Shown here one piece after another: positions 27,968 through 37,692 of a stretch of 64,000 nt of DNA (its first letter is position 1; each line of letters starts with the position of its first letter). Source of the DNA: Puniceicoccales bacterium (lineage in GTDB: Bacteria > Verrucomicrobiota > Verrucomicrobiia > Opitutales > JAIRKQ01); NCBI GenBank assembly GCA_031269795.1, contig JAISYR010000021.1, positions 3,818 to 67,817 on the forward strand, read 5' to 3'. Both the position numbers and the translations under genes were made by a program. Under the pieces are notes generated by a model that was not told the DNA's origin, searched no databases, and saw only the letters and a list, made by a program, of their open reading frames with translations.

Positions 27968-28567
27968 ATGGAAGTTGCAAATGAAACCAATGTGTCACAT
28001 TTTAGAATTCCCGAATTCTTGTGGCAAGAACCCTGGAATACAATAACAAATGCCGCTGCGAATATGTTTTACCTAACGCCTGTTTGTTTTCAAAATTCTG
28101 TAAGGAATTTGATGGAATATGATGTACAGTCTCTGAGGCAAACATGGGAAAATGTTTCTTTCGATGACATTGAAGAGATGTGGCAAGCGTGGAGGAGTGC
28201 TTCCGCCAATGACATTATAAAATCTGTTACAGAATTTGCCAAAAAACATTATTTTATTGCTGCGATTGTTGGAGGAGTAGCCATAGTAACTTGTGCACCT
28301 TTGGTCGAATTTGCCTTGATTTCGCCTATAAAACTCTTGCATTTGCTGACAAAATCCGGACAGAGTATTGCAAGTCCTGCATTTAAGTTGATTTTAAAAT
28401 GGACATTGTATTTTATAGGAGCAAGAGTAATATGTCACATGGACCTGGGCCAGCTAAATTCGATTACTTCTGCCATTTCTCGAAAAATAGACCAGATATC
28501 GGTCTTCCTAGCGACGGGTACAATGGTTTTAGCAATCTTCATGGTCATTGCCAGTATACCACTTTGA
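27968..28567 (+). CDS. Orphan 199-aa membrane protein
   Basis: Three or four hydrophobic segments in the C-terminal half; no family recognised. Confidence 0.7.
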   Translation: MEVANETNVSHFRIPEFLWQEPWNTITNAAANMFYLTPVCFQNSVRNLMEYDVQSLRQTWENVSFDDIEEMWQAWRSASANDIIKSVTEFAKKHYFIAAIVGGVAIVTCAPLVEFALISPIKLLHLLTKSGQSIASPAFKLILKWTLYFIGARVICHMDLGQLNSITSAISRKIDQISVFLATGTMVLAIFMVIASIPL

Positions 28568-28767
28568 ATAGCGCATTAGAGTGTTTTTCCTTTGAGGAAA
28601 CTTTGGAGTTTTGTGGTGCTGTGTTTTATCAGACTTAATATGTCAAAATTTTTAAAATTACCCAATGGAATTCACGGATTAACGTCCATGAACCATTGGA
28701 ACTCGTCAATCCGAGCAAAGAAAATTTAACAATTGGGATGAAATAGAACCAGGTAATTGCAGTATTC

Positions 28768-28889
28768 GGCCATGCATAACAATGGAAACGTTTCAAGCAA
28801 TGGTGGCCCAGGCTACAATGCGTAGTTGCTTTATCCTCTTCCTTTGAAATTTCAAAAAATGATTGTCATTGTGTCTTTTTTAGCAACCC
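28768..28889 (+). repeat. Decayed duplicate of the rplT 3' end (27773-27816) joined to a duplicate of 27881-27955
   Basis: Hand alignment: 6 transitions plus 1 indel in the 44-nt rplT part; the second part matches the AT-rich region upstream of ORF 27968. Confidence 0.85.
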
Positions 28890-28930
28890 CATATCTCCGA
28901 CCTAATAGAGGTTTAGGAAAAAAGTAAGGT

Positions 28931-30724
28931 TTACTTTTTTGAATCGCCGTCGCCGGTCATTTTTATATGCAATTCACGCAATTGCCTATCGCTTGCAGGA
29001 CATGGAGATTGGGACATCATATCTATCCCCCGCTGAGTTTTGGGAAATGCAATGACATCTCGTATGCTTGTGGTGCCACACAGTAAAGCTACTAGTCTGT
29101 CGAGGCCAAGTGCTATGCCTCCATGGGGGGGAGCTCCAAATTTAAAAGCCTTTAGCATATATCCAAATCGATCATTGACCACATTTTCCGGAATTTTCAG
29201 TATTTCCTTAAAAACATATTCTTGCAGTTGTGGCTGGTGAATTCTCACACTGCCACCGCCGAGTTCCATACCATTTAAAACGATGTCGTAGTGTTGGCCA
29301 CGGACATTTTGAGGGGACGATTTCAATAGTTCCATATCTTCAGGTACAGGTGCCGTGAAAGGGTGGTGGGTTGCAACGAAACGTCCCTGTTGTCCATCAA
29401 ATGTCATCAAAGGAAAATCTATTACCCATAGGAAGTTGAATTGGTCAGCGGAGAGAACTATTTTACCCTTTGCCATTGCCAAATCTCGACACTCCAGCCG
29501 GATTCTCCCAAGGATCGTACATGCTTGTTCCCAGCTATCAGCGGCAAAAAAGATGATATCGTTTTCTACCATGTCCAATTCCTTCGCAAGGGCTGCCTTT
29601 TCCGCGTCGGACAAAAATTTTAGGATCGGAGATTTCCACTGTCCATTTTCTATCTTGATATAGGCTAATCCTTTTGCTCCGAGAGTTTTGGCGATGTCTT
29701 CCAAATTTTTCATCTCTCCCTGGGAAATTTCCGCCAGGGACTTTGCATTGAAGGCTTTGACACATCCCCCATTTTTGATAGCGGAAGCAAAAACATTGAA
29801 GCTGGAGGATTCGAACAAACCTGAGAAATCATGAATTTCCATGGCAAACCTTGTGTCGGGTTTATCGGACCCGAAGCGGTCCATGGCGTTTCGAAATGAT
29901 AGGCGGGGAAATGGTATTTCAATGGTGGTATTTCGGGTAGTTTTCCAGATATTTTGCAGCATTCCTTCCACTAAAGAATAAATATCTTCGCGGTCGACAA
30001 ATGACATCTCGAGGTCAATTTGCGTGAACTCCGGCTGTCTATCCGCCCGTAAATCTTCATCCCGAAAGCACCTTGCGAGGGAATAGTATCTTTCCACACC
30101 AGCCACCATCAACATTTGTTTGTACTGCTGTGGAGACTGGGCAAGGGCATACACACACCCGGGATTTAACCGGCTTGGGACTAGGAATTCGCGGGCCCCT
30201 TCCGGTGTCGTTTTAAATAAATAGGGTGTCTCTATCTCCAAAAATCCATTTTCATCCAGATAATTTCTTACCGCACCCACCGTCCGATGGCGAATTTGTA
30301 ACCGGTGGAAGCTTTTTGGCCTACGAAGGTCGAGGTAACGATAGGTCAGCCGCAGATCTTCACTTACATTACCAATTTTTAGATCCGACATGGGAAAGGG
30401 TAAAACATCGCATATGTTATGGATGATTAGTTCATCGACAACGACTTCGATGGCACCCGTCGTTATTTTGCTATTTACCGTATCGGGGGGCCTCTTGGAA
30501 ACTGTTCCGCAAATCTCAATCACAGATTCATCGCGCAAGGAGTGTACGGCTTGCAACCTATCATCGGAGGGATCAAAGACCAGCTGGGTAATTCCTTCCC
30601 TATCTCGCAGGTCGATAAAAAACAATCCTCCGTGGTCACGGATGGCATGGACCCAACCGATGAGCCTTACTCCTATGCCGACATCATCGATGGTCAACCG
30701 GTTGCAATGGTGCGATCTTTTCAT
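28931..30724 (-). CDS. aspS: Aspartate--tRNA ligase (bacterial type with GAD domain)
   Basis: RDHGG..FIDLRD, TPEGAREFLVPSR, FRDEDLRADRQPEFTQID, PPHGGIALGLDR. Confidence 0.97.
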   Translation of the reverse strand: MKRSHHCNRLTIDDVGIGVRLIGWVHAIRDHGGLFFIDLRDREGITQLVFDPSDDRLQAVHSLRDESVIEICGTVSKRPPDTVNSKITTGAIEVVVDELIIHNICDVLPFPMSDLKIGNVSEDLRLTYRYLDLRRPKSFHRLQIRHRTVGAVRNYLDENGFLEIETPYLFKTTPEGAREFLVPSRLNPGCVYALAQSPQQYKQMLMVAGVERYYSLARCFRDEDLRADRQPEFTQIDLEMSFVDREDIYSLVEGMLQNIWKTTRNTTIEIPFPRLSFRNAMDRFGSDKPDTRFAMEIHDFSGLFESSSFNVFASAIKNGGCVKAFNAKSLAEISQGEMKNLEDIAKTLGAKGLAYIKIENGQWKSPILKFLSDAEKAALAKELDMVENDIIFFAADSWEQACTILGRIRLECRDLAMAKGKIVLSADQFNFLWVIDFPLMTFDGQQGRFVATHHPFTAPVPEDMELLKSSPQNVRGQHYDIVLNGMELGGGSVRIHQPQLQEYVFKEILKIPENVVNDRFGYMLKAFKFGAPPHGGIALGLDRLVALLCGTTSIRDVIAFPKTQRGIDMMSQSPCPASDRQLRELHIKMTGDGDSKK

Positions 30725-30861
30725 ATTTTAATACTAGTTACGTGGCTGAATGTGGATAAAATGTGAAATCTATACCATTTCAAGATAATTGTCACAGCCT
30801 GTTAGGTTTTGTTAGATGGGAAAATCGCATGGTTTAAAAAATATGTTCCAAATATACCATT

Positions 30862-31308
30862 TCATCGCGATGAATTTTCTAGGATGGTTATCTTTTCTAT
30901 GCGTTTCAAGTGGCGGGTTTCGAACTTTGTATCAAGAAATGCATCCAATATCTCTTGGGCGATTTTCGCGTTTACAAAATTTGCTCCAAGGCACAAAACA
31001 TTGGCATCGTTGTGCTCTCGGGCAAATTTGGCAATTTCCACATTCCAGCAATTTGCCGCACGGACACCGCATACTTTATTTGCCGCGATGCTCATGCCGG
31101 TCCCACTCTTACAAACCAGGAGACCGAAGTCACTCTTGAAAGAAGCAATATCTTCCGCTACGCATTTGGCATAGTCAGGATAATCTACGGAAGTTTCACC
31201 GGAAAACGTTCCGTAGTAAAAGATATCCATGTTACCTTTACTTAGATATTTTATCAAAAGCATTGCTAGTTTATATCCCCCATGGTCACTTCCAACACTA
31301 ATTTTCAT
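30862..31308 (-). CDS. rpiB: Ribose-5-phosphate isomerase B
   Basis: GSDHGG, SVDYPDYA, CKSGTGMSIAANK, AREHNDANVL, RH..RI. Confidence 0.93.
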   Translation of the reverse strand: MKISVGSDHGGYKLAMLLIKYLSKGNMDIFYYGTFSGETSVDYPDYAKCVAEDIASFKSDFGLLVCKSGTGMSIAANKVCGVRAANCWNVEIAKFAREHNDANVLCLGANFVNAKIAQEILDAFLDTKFETRHLKRIEKITILENSSR

Positions 31309-31771
31309 TGTTGTCTGCTAAAAATTTTACTATGGATCCCATCGCCGAACCGATATCAGCACAAACGCGTCTATAATCATCGATGTGTCCAAAAAATGGA
31401 TCAAAAATATCCCTGTCCTTAATATCTAAAAATTCTCTGACAAGAAAACATTTTTTACCTATACCTTTAAAATTTGACAACAAAAATGTCCTATGATTTT
31501 CAGCCAAACAGAAAATCGCCGTGGCAGAATCTAAAAGTTCCTGGGTTACCCTTTGGGAAACATGTCCACTAATGTCTTGATTTAAATCCTTCATCACCCG
31601 TATGGCAAGATCGCTGGCTTGGTTGTGATCGGTTGCCATTATCCCGGCTGAACATACACGAAAATTATCTGCGAGATTCACCTTTTGCAAGGCGGCTTTA
31701 AGCAAGTATTCTGCCATGGGACTTCTGCAAGTATTACCGGAGCATACGAATATTACACATTTTTTCTCCAT
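31298..31771 (-). CDS. Low-molecular-weight protein phosphatase (YwlE-like)
   Basis: P-loop CSGNTCRSP, DIFDPF general-acid loop; upstream of rpiB as in ywlE-ywlF. Confidence 0.9.
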   Translation of the reverse strand: MEKKCVIFVCSGNTCRSPMAEYLLKAALQKVNLADNFRVCSAGIMATDHNQASDLAIRVMKDLNQDISGHVSQRVTQELLDSATAIFCLAENHRTFLLSNFKGIGKKCFLVREFLDIKDRDIFDPFFGHIDDYRRVCADIGSAMGSIVKFLADNNEN

Positions 31772-31880
31772 AGATAGAGTATATCTAGTATGCTTGGTGA
31801 AAAATTTTTAGCAACATAAAGCTTTGATGGAGACATTATTTGTTGAATTTTGACAAAAAATTGCCAGTATTGTCCATGGC

Positions 31881-32783
31881 ATGTGGCAGCTTTGGGGGAT
31901 ATTTTTGATCATAATTACCATCGGCCTATGTACTGATGTAGTATTGGCAAAAGCTCAATACACCCACGCAGATTACAGACCCCACGCACATATGGTAATT
32001 GCGTGGATATTTCTTGCAGCATTTTTTGGATTGTTGGTATACTTTGCCTTTGGCTACGAGAGTACCTTGAAATTTTTTACGGGATATGTTCTCGAACTAT
32101 CACTATCCATCGACAATTTGTTCGTATTCATGACAATATTTTCATATTTTCACATAGTGAACGAAGCTCAGCAAAAAGCACTTACCTATGGTATGGTGGG
32201 AGCTATGGCAATGAGGATGGTGTTTGTTCTCGCTGGTATTACGTTGCTGAATAAATTTAAGTGGTTGATTCATATTTTCGGTGTCGTACTGATAATTTCA
32301 GCAATTGGAATGTTCAAATCGGAGAAACAACGGGATGGCGCCAGCAATTTACTGGAAAAAATAAAAACTTTTCTAAAAATAAAACACTCGGAGGACAGTT
32401 TAGCATTTTTCACAAAATGTGGAAACAAGTGGTATGCTACTCCATTGCTGGCGTGCGTAATTACCATTGAAATCGTCGATATCATATTTGCGGTGGATTC
32501 GGTACCGGCGGTCCTGTCCATTACAAAAATCCCGATACTTGTTTATTCCTCGAATGTTTTTGCAATCGTCGGTCTTCGATCTCTGTACATATGCCTAACA
32601 CAGCTGATCAATAAATTCCATCTGCTCCAGTATGGCATTGCAGCAAATTTAGTATTCGTTGGAACAAATATGATATTTTCAGAGGTTTATCACATTCCCA
32701 CCATTGTAAATACCATAGCCATCATATCTATCTTTCTGAGCACCATGGCTATGTCTTGTCTAACCACGAAACAACGACGTTGA
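31881..32783 (+). CDS. TerC/Alx family membrane protein
   Basis: FFTGYVLELSLSIDNLFVF, DIIFAVDSVPA, YSSNVFAIVGLRSLY. Confidence 0.92.
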   Translation: MWQLWGIFLIIITIGLCTDVVLAKAQYTHADYRPHAHMVIAWIFLAAFFGLLVYFAFGYESTLKFFTGYVLELSLSIDNLFVFMTIFSYFHIVNEAQQKALTYGMVGAMAMRMVFVLAGITLLNKFKWLIHIFGVVLIISAIGMFKSEKQRDGASNLLEKIKTFLKIKHSEDSLAFFTKCGNKWYATPLLACVITIEIVDIIFAVDSVPAVLSITKIPILVYSSNVFAIVGLRSLYICLTQLINKFHLLQYGIAANLVFVGTNMIFSEVYHIPTIVNTIAIISIFLSTMAMSCLTTKQRR

Positions 32784-32870
32784 TGGCATAATTTTAAGGG
32801 TGCAAAATTTTCATCAATTATTATTTTACGACTGGACATTTACAGTGCGTAAACTATTTATCATCGCCCA

Positions 32871-35684
32871 ATGAATCTAAAGGATACCTTAAACTTACCA
32901 AAGACAAATTTCCCCATGCGAGCGGATTTGGTCAACAGAGAACCCACTAGGGTGAGAAAATGGCAAGAGGGTAGGGTATACGAGAAAATACAGCAAAAAA
33001 ATGCCCAGGGGGAACCATTTATCCTCCATGACGGGCCTCCCTTTACCAATGGATATGTGCACATAGGGACGGCCCTAAATAAGATTTTGAAGGATATTAT
33101 TGTCCGTTACAAAGCCATGCGAGGCTTTCGAACACCCTATGTGCCAGGTTGGGACTGCCATGGGCTCCCCATAGAGCATAAAGTCGTCAAGGAGCTGCGT
33201 GAAAAAAAAGAAGACTTCGATGCCATATCATTGCGCAAGGCATGCACGGCGTATTCTCAAAAATTTATAGAAACACAGCGTTCACAATTTGAACGGTTGG
33301 GCATACTTGCCGACTGGGACAACGATTACCGCACCATGAACCCTGCCTATGAGGAGTGTGTGCTTAATTTTTTTGCGGATTGTGTTGCCCAGGGATTGGT
33401 CTATCGCAGCAAGAAACCTGTCTATTGGTCAATACCGTGCAAAACTGCACTGGCGGAGGCGGAGGTCGAATATCGGGAACATGTCAGCCCATCGATCTGG
33501 GTAAAATTTAAACTCACCGACGGGGCCCTGGGGGCCCTGAAAATTGACGGCACAACCCATGTGGTAATTTGGACGACCACACCATGGACAATTCCGTCCA
33601 ACCTCGCCATCGCCGTACATCCGAACTTGAAGTATGTCATCCTAAACTGTGGCCATGAAAACTATTTGGTCTGCAAAGATAGGGTGCAGGATTTTGTCCA
33701 AAGTTGTGACATTGAACATTTTAATATAATTGCGACTTTCCTGGGGTCCCAACTGGAAGGGTTGCAGGCGACACATCCCCTAATCGACAGGCCCAGCCAG
33801 ATCGTTCTGGCAAATTACGTAACAACCGATTCGGGAACAGGATGTGTTCACACTGCGCCGGGACATGGCCTCGAAGACTATAATACGGGAATTGAATATA
33901 AACTGGACGTCTATTGTCCCATCGACGACGACGGAAAGTATGTCAACGATGGGCAAATACCTTCGGATTTGGTTGGCGTAAGTGTTCTGGACAGTGATGG
34001 CAAATGTGCAGCAAATGATAGGGTCATCGAAATGTTAAATTTGGTACAGGCACTATTGGCTAAGAAATCATACAGACATCAATATCCCCATTGCTGGAGG
34101 TCCAAAACACCGGTAATTTTTCGTGCCATGGCCCAGTGGTTCATCGCCCTAGATAAAAACAACCTACGGGAAAAGATGCAAGAATCCGTCGGTGGTGTAC
34201 ATTGGGTACCGGCGTGGGGTGAAAATCGGATAAGGGCAGCCATTGCCTCGAGGAGCGATTGGTGCATTAGCCGCCAGCGCGTTTGGGGAATCCCATTACC
34301 GGCATTTTACGATGAAGCCGGCAACGCACTGCTCAACGAGCAGATCATTCGCAGTGTTGCCAAAAAAATTGGGCAGCGAGGATCCGATTTTTGGTTTGAG
34401 TCCGATGAAGAAACCCTGTTGGATGGAATATCATTACCGGATGGTTTTTCTGCTAAAAAACTCAAAAAATGCATGGATTCGTTGGATGTTTGGATAGATT
34501 CCGGCAATAGCCACCGGGCCGTTTTAAAAACAGATGCCTCACTGGTATGGCCAGCGGATATGTACTTGGAAGGGAGTGATCAACATCGCGGATGGTTTCA
34601 ATCATCGATGTGGACGAGCATAATTTCTGGGGAAAGAATTGCTCCCTTCAAAAATGTTTTGACCCATGGTTTTATTGTCGGGGAAGACAGGAAGAAAATT
34701 TCAAAAAGTGATAGCAAACCGCAGACCGCCGATGACTATGTGAACAGGTTTGGAGCAGATGTTGTAAGGCTATGGATTTCTTCGGAAGATTTCCGCAACG
34801 ACATAACAATTTCCGATGACATAATCAACCACGTATCCGCCACCTATCGAACTTTCAGGAATACGCTACGGTTTCAAATCGGAAACCTGTTTGATTTCAA
34901 TTTTGAAAAGGATCGCATCGGGCAGGAAAAAATGACACTGGTCGATAGGTGGATACTACAAAAGACCAAAAATCTTGTCGAAGCAGTTACATCCGCCTAT
35001 GATGCCTACGAAATACACAAGGTTTACCAGTTGCTGAATAGATTTTGTTCCGTTGAACTGTCAGCTATATACCATGATATTTTAAAGGATAGGTTATATA
35101 CATTTGCACCAAATTCCTACGAACGTAGGTCATCCCAAACGGCAATTTTCATGATTTTTAATATGATACTTGCTTTGCTTGCCCCAATTATTACATTCAC
35201 CTGCGACGAAGCAATGGCATACGTGTTAAATGGCAGTGATTTTGGGGAAACTCACATCCAGCTGATGGATTGGCCGAGTGTAAGCACCATGGGGGATTTT
35301 TCGAATGAGGAACGAGAATTCGACGCCTTGCTATCATTTAAAACGAAAGTTAATGAGCAGCTTGAACAAGCTAGGCAGAGCAAACTAATTGGACAATCTC
35401 TCGATGCCAAGACAATCGTTGAAATTTCTCCAAAGGATAAAATGTTCCCACTATTGCAAAAATATCGGGAAATTTTACCCGAAGTTTTTATAGTGTCCCA
35501 GGTAGAGATCAGAGAAGTAGTTTCCGATAGGCAGTGTTCAATCAAAATAACTACCGCAAATGGGGAAAGGTGTCCTCGCAGCTGGAAATGGGTCGACCAT
35601 CTCGTCGACGCTGGACCATTCGGCAAAGTATCTCAAAAATGTTTCGAGGCACTTGCTGAAAAATATGAAAATCTTTTAAAATAG
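32871..35684 (+). CDS. ileS: Isoleucine--tRNA ligase (type 1)
   Basis: HDGPPFTNG.VHIGT, GWDCHGLP, WTTTPWT, GTG.VH.APGHG, DWCISRQR, EGSDQHRGWF, KISKS. Confidence 0.97.
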   Translation: MNLKDTLNLPKTNFPMRADLVNREPTRVRKWQEGRVYEKIQQKNAQGEPFILHDGPPFTNGYVHIGTALNKILKDIIVRYKAMRGFRTPYVPGWDCHGLPIEHKVVKELREKKEDFDAISLRKACTAYSQKFIETQRSQFERLGILADWDNDYRTMNPAYEECVLNFFADCVAQGLVYRSKKPVYWSIPCKTALAEAEVEYREHVSPSIWVKFKLTDGALGALKIDGTTHVVIWTTTPWTIPSNLAIAVHPNLKYVILNCGHENYLVCKDRVQDFVQSCDIEHFNIIATFLGSQLEGLQATHPLIDRPSQIVLANYVTTDSGTGCVHTAPGHGLEDYNTGIEYKLDVYCPIDDDGKYVNDGQIPSDLVGVSVLDSDGKCAANDRVIEMLNLVQALLAKKSYRHQYPHCWRSKTPVIFRAMAQWFIALDKNNLREKMQESVGGVHWVPAWGENRIRAAIASRSDWCISRQRVWGIPLPAFYDEAGNALLNEQIIRSVAKKIGQRGSDFWFESDEETLLDGISLPDGFSAKKLKKCMDSLDVWIDSGNSHRAVLKTDASLVWPADMYLEGSDQHRGWFQSSMWTSIISGERIAPFKNVLTHGFIVGEDRKKISKSDSKPQTADDYVNRFGADVVRLWISSEDFRNDITISDDIINHVSATYRTFRNTLRFQIGNLFDFNFEKDRIGQEKMTLVDRWILQKTKNLVEAVTSAYDAYEIHKVYQLLNRFCSVELSAIYHDILKDRLYTFAPNSYERRSSQTAIFMIFNMILALLAPIITFTCDEAMAYVLNGSDFGETHIQLMDWPSVSTMGDFSNEEREFDALLSFKTKVNEQLEQARQSKLIGQSLDAKTIVEISPKDKMFPLLQKYREILPEVFIVSQVEIREVVSDRQCSIKITTANGERCPRSWKWVDHLVDAGPFGKVSQKCFEALAEKYENLLK

Positions 35685-35697
35685 CATTTACGACAAT

Positions 35698-36432
35698 ATG
35701 AGTGTTTTGGAAAACATTAATCGGGAAGCGAAAGGTAAACATTTTGCTAGGACAAGGAAAAATGACGATATTGTTTTTTCTATCGACGATGCCCGCGAGT
35801 TGATGCGGGCGAGGAAAGAGAGAATTGAGACGGAAAAAAATGAAGAAGTTGTTGAAAAGAAAAAGGATATCCTAGCCCAGCAAATTGATACGCAGACCCA
35901 GCAAAAAGTAGGAGTAGCATCCATAGCCGATATTTTTGGATTCGATCCCATGCGTTCAAAGCAAGTCAATGTCGGAGATAAGAGTCCCGACGAAATTCCT
36001 CAAAAATATAGGAAGTACTACAAGCTTTTACTGAAATTGAAAAACGATCTTAAGAAGGGACTTTCCAAGTTGACAACTACTAATTTGGCCATTTCCGTTG
36101 GTGACACCCAGGATGTCGTCGACCACGAAATCGAGTCTTTCAATTCAGAATTTGCCATAGCTTTAATGTCCAACGAACAGGAGGCATTAACCGAGGTCGA
36201 AGAGGCTATTCAGCGAATTTATGATGGTACCTATGGCATTTGTGAGTTGACGGGCAAACCCATAGAACCCCAACGGTTGCTCGCTGTGCCATTTGCTAGA
36301 TTTTCGATCGAAGGGCAGATGGCAAAAGAAAAAGAAAAGAGTAAACCGGCAGAAGCTTCGGGTGGTTCGATCTTCCAGATTGATCAATCGAGCGATGAGT
36401 TAGCAGATTTTGAAACCAAAGAAGATGAGTAA
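35698..36432 (+). CDS. TraR/DksA family transcription factor
   Basis: EALTEVEEAIQRI..GTYGICE.TGKPI...RL.AVPFAR C-terminal domain; sits between ileS and lspA. Confidence 0.85.
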   Translation: MSVLENINREAKGKHFARTRKNDDIVFSIDDARELMRARKERIETEKNEEVVEKKKDILAQQIDTQTQQKVGVASIADIFGFDPMRSKQVNVGDKSPDEIPQKYRKYYKLLLKLKNDLKKGLSKLTTTNLAISVGDTQDVVDHEIESFNSEFAIALMSNEQEALTEVEEAIQRIYDGTYGICELTGKPIEPQRLLAVPFARFSIEGQMAKEKEKSKPAEASGGSIFQIDQSSDELADFETKEDE

Positions 36433-36886
36433 TTTTACCAGATGCATTTGCTTTACCACCGTATGTTTGGTTGTGTTGGTCGACCAAACAACCAAGATAA
36501 TTGCCCAAACTTTTGTAAAAAATGATGTGATCAGAATAAATTCATTCCTATCCTTTGCCTATGCTGAAAACACAGGAGCAGCCTGGAGTATGTTTGGTGG
36601 GCATTCGTCTATTCTAGCCATGCTTGGAGTCTTGTCGATGGCCGTTCTAGGCCTTGCGCACAAACAATTTAAAACGACTTTTCAGAAAGTCCTTGGGGCG
36701 ATGGTTTTTGGTGGAATTTTTGGCAATACCCTCGATAGAATTTTTCGGGGATATGTGATTGATTTCATAGACGTTGATTTAAAGTTCTACCATTGGCCGG
36801 TATTTAATATTGCCGATAGTGTTATTTGCATGGGCGTGGTAATTTTATTATTTACTTTTCGACAAAAAGTACAAGAAGCGAGATGA
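36425..36886 (+). CDS. lspA: Lipoprotein signal peptidase
   Basis: DQTTK, ENTGAAWS, GNTLDR..RGYVIDFI, WPVFNIAD; ATG at 36425. Confidence 0.95.
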   Translation: MSNFTRCICFTTVCLVVLVDQTTKIIAQTFVKNDVIRINSFLSFAYAENTGAAWSMFGGHSSILAMLGVLSMAVLGLAHKQFKTTFQKVLGAMVFGGIFGNTLDRIFRGYVIDFIDVDLKFYHWPVFNIADSVICMGVVILLFTFRQKVQEAR

Positions 36887-36921
36887 GTCTGTGTTTCATT
36901 AGCTAACAGTTTTTTAAAAAA

Positions 36922-37692
36922 ATGTCCAATCGTCCAGAGCCTTTAATTAGCATTTCAAATCTTTGCAAAGATTATGGCAAGAATAGGATCTTAAAACATG
37001 TATCTTTCCAAATAGAAAGTGGCGATTTGGTCTCGGTAATAGGGCCGTCGGGCTGTGGAAAGTCGACATTGCTGCGATGTTTGAACTGTTTAGAAGTCCT
37101 GGACGATGGAGAAATTACCATAGACGGCGTCTGCCTACGCACGATGGACCATGAAAAAAATGAAGACTTTTTTTGGCAGCAGGCCCACGAATTACGCCAA
37201 AATGTGGGGATGGTCTTTCAGTCATTTAATTTATTTCCCCACAAAACACTCTTGGATAACGTGACCCTTGCCCAGATAGTTGTCAAGAATGAACGGCAGG
37301 AAAAGGCTAGGGCCCTGGCGATGGCGTTGCTGGAAAAGGTTGGCCTGGGAAATTTAAGCGGACGCTATCCCTGGAGTTTATCCGGGGGCGAAAAACAGCG
37401 GGCGGCCATCGCCCGGGCATTGGCAATGAAACCGAAAGTTATGCTGTACGATGAACCAACTTCCTCCCTTGATCCGGAAATGGTGGAAGAAGTTTTACAG
37501 GTCATGCGTGACCTTGATGCGGAAGGGATGACACAGATTATTGTTACCCACGAAATGCGTTTTGCCAAAGATGCTTCCGACTATATAATTTATATGGAAA
37601 ATGGTGAAATTATAGAAATTTCCGATGAGGATGAAATTTTTATAAACCCACAGGATGACAGAACCCGTAGATTTCTCAAGCGATACATGTAA
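36922..37692 (+). CDS. Polar amino acid ABC transporter ATP-binding subunit
   Basis: GPSGCGKS, FQSFNLFPH, LSGGEKQR, YDEPTSSLDPE, VTHEMRFA. Confidence 0.94.
   Translation: MSNRPEPLISISNLCKDYGKNRILKHVSFQIESGDLVSVIGPSGCGKSTLLRCLNCLEVLDDGEITIDGVCLRTMDHEKNEDFFWQQAHELRQNVGMVFQSFNLFPHKTLLDNVTLAQIVVKNERQEKARALAMALLEKVGLGNLSGRYPWSLSGGEKQRAAIARALAMKPKVMLYDEPTSSLDPEMVEEVLQVMRDLDAEGMTQIIVTHEMRFAKDASDYIIYMENGEIIEISDEDEIFINPQDDRTRRFLKRYM

Noticed and set aside
28399-28638. 79-aa ORF overlapping the end of ORF 27968 as evidence of a frameshifted C-terminus
   Set aside because: No slippery site or homolog evidence is visible; cannot be supported from sequence alone
30751-30759. Perfect DnaA box (TGTGGATAA) upstream of aspS as an oriC signal
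   Set aside because: It is a single box; another perfect match lies inside the SNF2 CDS, there is no cluster, and dnaA is not nearby
35698-36886. dksA inserted between ileS and lspA as a novelty
   Set aside because: The ileS-TraR/DksA-lspA order is a known arrangement in several phyla
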